A stretch of 64,000 nt of DNA from Octopus sinensis (Eukaryota). Of this stretch, positions 54,560 to 64,000 are shown in pieces (position 1 is the stretch's first letter; each line of letters begins with the position of its first letter). Location of the stretch: assembly GCF_006345805.1 (NCBI RefSeq), contig NC_042999.1, positions 38,192,001-38,256,000 of the forward strand, written 5' to 3'. The position numbers and the translations under genes were made by a program. The notes beneath the pieces were generated by a model, which worked only from the letters and a program-made list of their open reading frames with translations, had not been told where the DNA came from and ran no database searches.

Positions 54560-54612
<53 letters not shown>

Positions 54613-54853
54613 ATATATGTGTGGTATGCGTGTGTGTGTGTATGTGTGTATGTATGTATGTATTTTGGTAAGCACATTTGCATATATATATGCATGTATG
54701 TATGAATGTATATAGGCATGTATGTATGTACACATATCTCTGTCTCCGTACAGACTTCAATAATATTTGTGAAACTTTTGGATAAGCCACGAATATTCGC
54801 ATCATGTGCATGTGAATATCTTAGCGTTTCTAGATATGTGTGTGTGTGCTTGA

Positions 54854-54926
<73 letters not shown>

Positions 54927-54927
54927 C

Positions 54928-54964
<37 letters not shown>

Positions 54965-54967
54965 TAG

Positions 54968-55292
54968 GAGAATTCCGTTGGTTACGACGACGAGGGTCCC
55001 AGCTAATACGATCAACAGAACAGCCTGCACATGAAATTAACGTTCAGGTGACTGAGTAATTCAAAGGACAGTCGGACCCATAACGTAGTTCTCAGGGAGA
55101 TTTAGCGTGACACAAAGTGTGACAAGAGCGGCCTTTTAAAATGCATGTACAATCCATTTTTTGCCAGCTGAGTGGACTGGAACAATATGAAATAAAGTGT
55201 CTTGCTCAAGAACACAACGCGTCACCGGGAATCGAACTCACGACCTTACAGTCGTGCGTCGAATGCCCAAACCACTAGACCACGCGCCTTCA
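54968..55292 (-). mobile_element. tRNA-derived SINE family D
   Basis: GGCGCGTGGTCTAGTGGTT...GAGTTCGATTCCCGG head; homologous to 62185-62503. Confidence 0.8.
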
Positions 55293-55307
55293 CAGATAGC
55301 TACAATT

Positions 55308-55340
<33 letters not shown>

Positions 55341-55557
55341 CTAACAATATAATAAATAAATAAAACATATGCATATATACATACATATATATACATACTT
55401 ACATCTATATGTATATATACATGCATATATATAAACATGTATATACATATAGATGTAAGTATGTACATATATGTATGTATAAATGCATATGTTTTATTTA
55501 TTTATTATATTGTTATATATATGACCGAACGCACGCGTTGTTTCTCTTCTCCAAGTA

Positions 55558-55654
<97 letters not shown>

Positions 55655-57539
55655 ATATATATATATATATTATATATATATATATATTATATATATACAT
55701 ACATACATACTTATAACCATACATTCATACGTACATAGATACATAATACATACATATATATGTCTGTGTTTGTGTATGTGCCTTGTATTTCTTTGTATGT
55801 TTATTCATAGAGAGGGGTGTTGTACAAAAGAGTGTCGTGTGTAAGAGAGAACCACAATTTATTATTTATGCATGGATAGCGTTCATTGGAGCAGAAATGA
55901 AATACATGCATGTAATGTCTATGTTTTACTGCTGTACATTAAATAGAAAATGCATTTTAGAGAAACTCAAATCTATAATTTAAAGGAATTAATATTGAAA
56001 AATTAAAAAAAAAATTATCTTGTACAATAAGCGAAATTTCTATATCGTTATGTAAACACGATTATTTTAAATTGCACATATAATTATACATATGTAGATG
56101 CGCTGTGTGCGTGAGTGTATGCATGTGTATAATATATGTACATATATGCGATACTGTATGTAATATATACATGTATATATATAAGCATACACACACACAT
56201 ACATACACACAACAACACGCATATATATATATATAGTATCTCTAATTTAATATATATATATATATATATATATATGTACGTATATATGTATGTGTATATT
56301 ATATATATATATATATATTATATATATAATATATATATACGTGTGTATATATATGTGTGTGTGTTTGTGGTGTGATTGTGTGTGTTGTGTGTATTGGTGT
56401 GTATGTATATGTGTGCGTGTCTACGTATATGGTGCGTCTATAGCAGGAAATATTTAGATATTTTAGATTGGGTGTAGATTATTCAAATGACTACGTTTTC
56501 AGAATGATAGTAAAGTTGTAAGAAGATAAATTGATATTCTAAATACACAAGATCTGTTTGCTCGTTACATAAAACATAATTTCAATGATATTTTACTCTG
56601 TATGAACCATAAAATTACCCAATGAATAAGATTTCTCTGTCTCTCAACCTGTGTAACATAGCAATCATATCTTCTTCAAATCATGTCATTATTAATACTT
56701 CGCATTTTGGATAACGTTGCTCAAGATAGACTACATCAGAAAATGCTGGAATTACTAGACTGGAATGCATTACGTGCTATCTTGGAGCTAAAGAACAAAA
56801 CACAATTATCTGCCTCACTTGAGCTACCAAGCTCATTCTCCGCAGATTATTGAATTTTCAAGTTGTTTTTTCTTTGAAAGTAAAACTCTTCATAAGATAT
56901 AGAACATCAGTTCTTTGAATGGCTTATTCCAGATTCGGGCAATTTTGTTTGAGAAGTGGGCCGCACGAGACCTGACTCATCGTCAGGCAGGTCATACTAC
57001 TAAAGCTTCTCGAGGAGAATTTTGCATTTGTATATTACTCAGAATGTCCCGCAGACCTCAGCTTGACTATCATTGGTTTATCTTCGATTGTAAAATCTAA
57101 ACATTACATTTCAGTAATATCATTTGATGACCTTGACTAAGTATCGGACCACGCCGTAACAATTGTGAACCGTAAACTCTAAGACACGCATTCACAGAGT
57201 GCTATGCTATTAGGGAAAATTAGAAATTGCTCATTCAGTTTTTGAATCACATTCATATTTATAACTAATTCAACTAAACATTATACAAAATAAATTATAT
57301 TGCTTTCTAATTATGTCTCAAAATATTTAACGTAATTACCAGCGCATCAGATTGATATTAAAATTGTTTAATAGACATTTTATAGTTTATATACACATAT
57401 ATTATGCTCCGCTCATACTGACTTTATATTCAAGCTTGTCCTTGTGGTGAATTTCTTTACAGAAACATCAAATGCATTATATATCCTTCTCAATGTTCGT
57501 ATTTTCATTTACAATATTTCGAAGTATTTGCGCTTTTTC

Positions 57540-57805
57540 AAAATTGACATTGTTGCCATGTCCACACTGGCGTGTTCGGGAAATCCATTTTGAACATCTC
57601 CGCCAAGTGGAAATGACTGAGCAAGTTTGCAAGGATTGTGCATCCCCTTTTCCTATTCGTTAGCCGCACACAACCCACACATGCATCCAAAATGGCGGTC
57701 CAATCGCCCACTAAGACTAAAGAGCGAGACCTCCCTAGAAATGCCTCCAGGCGTCTGAAAAACTCCAGCTGCCCCGCTCGAGTCGTTGTGTACACTGTGA
57801 ACAAC
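57540..57805 (-). pseudogene. APE-type endonuclease fragment of an L1/Tx1-like LINE
   Basis: VY...AGQLEFFRRLEAFLGRSRSLVLVGDWTAILD...HFHLAEMFKMDFPNTPVWTW (GDxN motif decayed); abuts (TTG)/(TTA)n. Confidence 0.7.
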
Positions 57806-57844
57806 AGCAACAACAACGGCAAAAACAACAACAACAACAACAAC

Positions 57845-57886
<42 letters not shown>

Positions 57887-58489
57887 TAATAATGATCGAA
57901 CATAATAGAAGGCGTATATTTGAGGAAATAAAAAGGGAGACCAACACCAGGAACTGATTCCAGATGCGGAAGAAAGTAAAGAATTTGGGAGTAGCCTGTG
58001 GAACAGGCCGGCGAGACATAAAGAAAGCGCAGAGTGGCTAAAAAGGTGGAAAGGCAACTTGTGTGTGTGTGTGGGGGGGGGAGGTGTTTGTGTGTGTGTG
58101 CGCAAAGATACCAAAGATGTGTAAGGTATTGTACACAGCATTAAATCTAAGGATAAAATGTTCGTTGAAACTACTATATTGCAATGAGAAAACAACTGCT
58201 GCATTTCGTTGTATGTATACAATTCTATATTCGTTGAATACACAGTTGGCACATTCTGGACTCTCCCTGAGGATAACCCTAACACAAGGCAGCACAAGTC
58301 AGAACAACATCTTACGCACATTGCTTAACCGCCTGACCAAATGGGATAAGATGTGTGTCCGCAGTCCTACGTGATGTGCAGTAAAAATAATAAGCTATAT
58401 ATATACATCGGAAGTGCCATTAAGCAAGTTCACATACAACATGCTTATGTTAATACTTCCTCCCACAAGGCTACCAAATTTCAATTGAA

Positions 58490-58790
58490 GCTACAGAATG
58501 AAACATAGGCAAGTTGAGAATAAAGAAAGCTATTTCTATCAACATGTACAGCCCACAGATAAATAGCAGATCACAGCTGCACGCAGCCGATTAGCTATCA
58601 TAGCAATGTAAAACAACCCTTCATACACACATACTGCAGGGTAGTGATGTCAGAGAAGATTCACCTTTTCTCCGTAGATTTCTTGAAGAAAGAGTCCTGG
58701 TCATGAAACGTAGAAATATAAGGTAATACCAGTACTAACCGTCGACCTGTATATTTAACTTTCAACACTGATTGCTTTGACTTCAAAAAC
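58490..58790 (+). mobile_element. PLE 3' remnant (GIY-YIG terminal motif, then an HHR-like motif)
   Basis: KLRIKKAISINMYSPQIN at 58511-58564 resembles the L.I.EA.I....P.LN end of GIY-YIG; boundaries approximate. Confidence 0.5.
58678..58717 (+). ncRNA. Minimal hammerhead-like motif, C3U core variant
   Basis: ATTTC-TTGAAGA-AAGAGTCCTGGTCAT-GAAA-C-GT-A-GAAAT: 5-bp stem I, ACGT stem III, GUA triplet, weak stem II. Confidence 0.5.
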
Positions 58791-59544
58791 TACTTTACAT
58801 ATACACACACACAATATATATATATATATAATATATATATATATATATCTATATGTGGTGTGGTGTGTGTGTGTGTGTGTGGTGTGTGATATATATATTA
58901 TATTTATAAATATATAATATAAGTATATAATATATATATATATATGTATATATAAATATGTATATATACATATATATAAATGTAGATAGATAGATAGATA
59001 GATAGATAGATGGATAGATAGATATGTGCGTATGAGTGTACGAGTCAGAAACTCACAAATTATTTACATAAACGTAAGCAATATATTCCAAATATACAAA
59101 ACTCTAACAATTTTTTTCATGAAAACATTAGTGTACATTCCGATTTAGTAATAATCATAAGTTTTATACGAAAATTCATGTGAGGTTGTTCAATATTCTA
59201 AAATTGAAAGAAGCGCAGGGCAGGTGTGAAACTATGTAGGCATTCATCATAAACCATTCAACGTAAGGTGTTCTATTTTCATATTATTTTATAGATTTAC
59301 ACTTTTGTCTGCTTATCCGTTGGATAGGAAATCTTACAACAAAAACTGGTCGGAGATTGCATCTTTCATTTTTGTAATGCATTTTCACGTGTCAGAAAAG
59401 AAAACATCGTAGAATTTCTTTTATAGGCATTCTTATATGTGTGAATACATGTATGTATGAATATATGAATGTATGTATTTTTCTATACTTGTTCATACAC
59501 GAATATATACATGTATACAAACACACACGCACAATTGTAAACAC

Positions 59545-59588
<44 letters not shown>

Positions 59589-59620
59589 GTATGTGTATAT
59601 ATATATATATATGCATATAC

Positions 59621-59657
<37 letters not shown>

Positions 59658-59789
59658 GTATATATCATATATCATACATAATATATATATATATATATAT
59701 ATATATTTAATATATATATATATGCTACATTTATATATATATATATATATTATATACATATATATATAATATATGTATATATCATATAT

Positions 59790-59833
<44 letters not shown>

Positions 59834-60309
59834 ATATATATATATGCATATTTATGCATATTTATTCCTGTCTATATCTTTTATCAAAGTATATATGCCT
59901 CCTATATGCAAATAAATAGTTATGAGTACATTCATATACGTACACACGATAATAGACACACACACACATACATACGCACGCGCATACGCATATAAGTGTG
60001 CGTGTGTTAAAGAAGCAGATATCCCTTAATGTTGTGCTCTGAAAAAAAAAGCACTGACGGAAAAAAAAAATGGAAGTATAAACCTATGTAAAGTAAATGT
60101 GAAGTAATTCGTATCAAAAAATATATATAAATAGAAAAGGTGAACACTTTGCTTTGATAACTCTCTACAAAATTTGAACGAATGAATAGATTGCGGAAAC
60201 GTCGTTTTTAGAGTTAGTATATTTCAGATGCTATGAAAGCCATCTCCAAACCATTACATTCATCGCTGTGATAACTCTTCAAGAAAAAATCCACTTACTC
60301 AAAAAAAAA

Positions 60310-60387
<78 letters not shown>

Positions 60388-60508
60388 TTCTGCTGCTGCT
60401 GCTGCTGCTACCACCAGCACCAGCACCGCCACCACCGCCACCGACTCCACCAGCACCACCAGCACCACCACCGCCACCACCACCACCACCACTACTATAC
60501 TACTACTA

Positions 60509-60544
<36 letters not shown>

Positions 60545-60640
60545 AGCTTCTGCTGCTGCGGCTACTGCTGCTACGGCTGCTGCTGTCACGGATGCTGCTG
60601 CAGCTGTCGACAACGCTGCAGCGCCGATGCTGCTGTTTCT
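60310..60640. repeat. Compound trinucleotide array (TAC)n-(TGC)n-(CAC)n-(TAC)n-(TGC)n
   Basis: Direct reading. Confidence 0.9.
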
Positions 60641-61709
60641 GATGTGGCACTTGACATGAATAACTTTTTTTTATATGAAAATTTAAGAGAAATGAGGGGG
60701 AATATATGTAAGAGAGAAGAAAAAATTACCAATTTTTTCATACTGAAGATTTTAGCTCTAGGTAGTTATTATTTGTATCAATATATATTTGTGGTTTTCT
60801 TTTTTTGGTACTTAGGAAACACATGTATGTATATTAGTTTATATCTACTCTTCTTTCTATGTTTTTTTTAATTCTTTCTTCGAACAAAGAAGAGATTTTA
60901 CGTTTGTCGTAAACTTCAAGAATAAAGAAATCGATTAGTTGACATGTGGTGTCATCAAAAATTCAATGGCTTGCAAAGATGGATTAATAGCTGGTCTTAA
61001 AATTTTAGAAAATTTCATTCAACCGAAAAAATTGAGTCTATTAATGTCAAAAAAATTCCATGGATACAATTTATATGATATATCACATCCACATAAAAAA
61101 TTAAGCGCAATTTGTCAGTTTATATATAGAATGAGAAAACAGCAAAAAAATATACATTGATGTAAGAATGAGTAATCCATATAGAGGTTGAATATATGTA
61201 ATCTTTGGCAAATTGTTGATTTATCATGCATAATGCCGTTACAAGGTTTTCTGGTGCGGATTTTCAGGAAATGATATTGGTAACGAATTAAGTGTTTCGT
61301 AGTTCCAGTTTCGTTCTCTCAACATCAGTTCAAGTGGCATTCGACGTTTTTACACCTTGCAACATCAAGTAAATATACCTCTTGTTTAAATTCATTCTAA
61401 ATATGTGTATAAACACACATATCTTGCCTGGGAATAAAAGAATGTGTTAGTGCCGGACTCTTAACCATATTCGCATACTTAAAGCAGAGTATGCGAAACC
61501 TTTTAAGGAATCGATTTTTACAGATGCCTTGGGAAGAACATTTAACGACGTGAATGCCAGTTCTTCTGAAGAACGGTAAAATAGATAACTTACCAATCTA
61601 TACTGGTCCCAAAATAAATGGAAATATCAATGAGGGAATAGTGACAATTCCTAACACGTTCTGCTGTTGTTAGATTTTCTCAACGTATATAGTACCGATA
61701 TCCCACCTT

Positions 61710-61770
<61 letters not shown>

Positions 61771-61794
61771 GGAAACCCTCCTGGACGGTGGGTT

Positions 61795-61985
61795 TACGAA
61801 ATACAGAAAACGTTTGGAGGTCATGTCGTCTTGACACCGCTGGTCAAAGCACACCATCCATCTCTCTCTCCATCGTGCTTTCCTCATCTACGTAGCTCCA
61901 ACCGTCTGTTTGATTTTGTCAAACCACCGTTTTGGAGACTTCGGAGACCCCAAGTTCCAAAATGGCCTCTAAGGAATACACGCAA
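61795..61985 (-). mobile_element. RTE-like LINE C-terminal remnant
   Basis: SPKSPKRWFDKIKQTVGAT*MRKARWRERW resembles the RTE P.RW.D.I....G..W.R.A..R..W motif. Confidence 0.5.
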
Positions 61986-62095
61986 CCCCCACACATATTC
62001 CTGTATATATGGGTGTGTGTCTCTATATATGTATATAAATATACGTTGATACAGATATGTATTTATATACGTATATGTATACACACACACACATT

Positions 62096-62138
<43 letters not shown>

Positions 62139-62184
62139 GTATCTCTCTGGATGCATGTATATAATATATATATATATATATAGT

Positions 62185-62503
62185 GAGGGCGCGTGGCTTA
62201 GTGGTTAGGGCATTCGGCTCATGATCGTAAGGTTGTGAGTTCGATTCCCGGCGACGCGTTGTGTCCTTGAGCAAAACACTTTATTTCACGTTGCTCCAGT
62301 CCACTCAGTGGCAAAAATGAGTTAGTGTACTGTATTTCAAGGGTCAGCCTTGTCACTCTCTGTGTCACGCTGATTATCCCCGAGAACTACGTTAAGGGTA
62401 CATGTGTCTGTGGAATGCTCAGCCATTTGCACGTTAATTTCACGAGCAAGCTGTTCCGTTGATCGTATCAGCTGGGACCCTCGTCGTCGTAACCGGCGGA
62501 GTC
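62185..62503 (+). mobile_element. tRNA-derived SINE family D
   Basis: GGCGCGTGGCTTAGTGGTTAGG...GAGTTCGATTCCCGG, CGTTGTGTCCTTGAGCAA, tail CCCTCGTCGTCGTAACC. Confidence 0.8.
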
Positions 62504-62547
62504 TTTTATATATATATATATTAATCATATATAACATATTTGCATAA

Positions 62548-62586
<39 letters not shown>

Positions 62587-63918
62587 ATGTCTACTCCTCA
62601 TTTCGAGCACGAAGCTACAATATAAGTCTTCAAAGACAGTTGCACCCATACATTCTAAAATATAGCAGGCCTGATATTGTTCTGCGGAACAGGGAACAAA
62701 ATTCATCATACACTGTTGCCGAAGCCATCAGCCCAGTAGCTATAATTAAATTCGAATTACAATTAAATTCAAATTTATTCGAAATGAATTCAAGTTAAAA
62801 TTATAGTCAATCTTCATGTTAACAATATTAGTTAAATAAATAAGCATATAGAGTTAAATAATATTAATCAAAAATATATAAATAATGATTTTTCTTATAG
62901 AAGAAACTCCATTAAGTAAATTTCAAACTTAAAACATTAGGATCGGTTTCCTACAATACATTTATTATGTGAAATATTTAAGGTAAAAAAATAGAGTAAA
63001 TAGAGTAAATACATACATACATTATTTATCTGTGAAAATATAATTTAGCTTAAAAAAACATTAATAAACTATAGAAGATCTTCAACCTTGTTATACTCTA
63101 ATATTTAATTACAAAACTATTTAAGAAAACAAACATTATTAATATTTTCAGATTTCAGTTCGCATATAATAATTATGAAATAATAAATACATAAATATAT
63201 ATATATAAATTGAAAGGTATATCGAATAAACGTTCCAATCGGTCAAAATAATTTTATATCATTCCCAAATTATCAAAAATCGAATATAAATATATATTAA
63301 AATATACCACCCACTGATAAAACCCAACAGTATAAAATATGCACGGAAACATGAATAAAAGGTGATCGAACCTAAATGAGTGTGAAGTTGAATTAAGAAA
63401 AATATATGGCATAAATTAATCCACGATAAAGGCCACGAAAAATCTTAGGCAATAATGCTAATACAGGCCGTGATGCTAATACACGTGTGCATGTGTTGTG
63501 TGTGAGGGAGAAATTTTGTGCCTGAGGTGTTTGTATATGTGTGTGTACTTGTGTATGTCTATTTGTGAGTATCTCTGTGTGCGAGTGTGTGTATGTGTTT
63601 GTATGCACGCATATGTGTGTGGAGGTAAAAAGGGAATGGTGTGTAAGGAAAAGAGACAACCGCATAGAAATTCGTAAATATATGACTAAGACAAATTACA
63701 ATGGCATTATATTTGAAAGCAATCCAGAGATAAATTTATTCAAGGCTCAACATACAGATAGAAAGGGACAGTCATTCACTGCTAAGAAAACCTACAAAAT
63801 TGGTTTCCTTGCAAGTTGAAAGAGAAGACTAGTTATCTCGGTGAAGTTGGAAATTGTTATTACGATAATCTTAATGGATCCATTCCTATGAAAATTGGAA
63901 TAAACTGAAGATCCCTAT

Positions 63919-63989
<71 letters not shown>

Positions 63990-64000
63990 ATATATATATA

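Noticed and set aside
60165-60210. AAAAT-TTGAACGA...GAAACGTC-GTTTT as a hammerhead
   Set aside because: Core has the wrong length and there is no stem II; likely chance in AT-rich DNA.
60268-60642. Poly-Y/C/H/L or poly-A/V ORFs
   Set aside because: Compound trinucleotide repeat with no flanking coding context.
62185-62260. SINE heads as genuine tRNA genes
   Set aside because: Box A/B-like heads continue into SINE bodies, with no acceptor stem or terminator.

Overview
AT-rich, microsatellite-dense eukaryotic repeat DNA, probably a cephalopod (Octopus-like). That assignment is inferred from the tRNA-SINE families and the (TA)n/(ATCT)n/(AAT)n density and was not checked. No host protein-coding gene can be supported, and most ORF-track entries are microsatellite translations. 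Main contents: (1) a near-intact Naiad-type Penelope-like element (PLE; RT + GIY-YIG, 701 aa, minus strand) bracketed by 195-bp inverted repeats, each carrying a minimal type I hammerhead ribozyme (HHR); the ORF's first 18 codons lie inside the inverted repeat; (2) several other PLE 3' remnants with HHR-like motifs, including a 1.9-kb palindrome; (3) four copies of an L1/Tx1-like LINE, all embedded in (ATCT)n; (4) HERO-like, Dong/R4-like and RTE retroelement fragments; (5) three Helitrons, Tc1/mariner remnants, many tRNA-SINEs, hairpins, a 25-bp minisatellite and a 100-N gap. All ribozyme, family and mechanism calls come from reading motifs by eye; no search or folding program was run.
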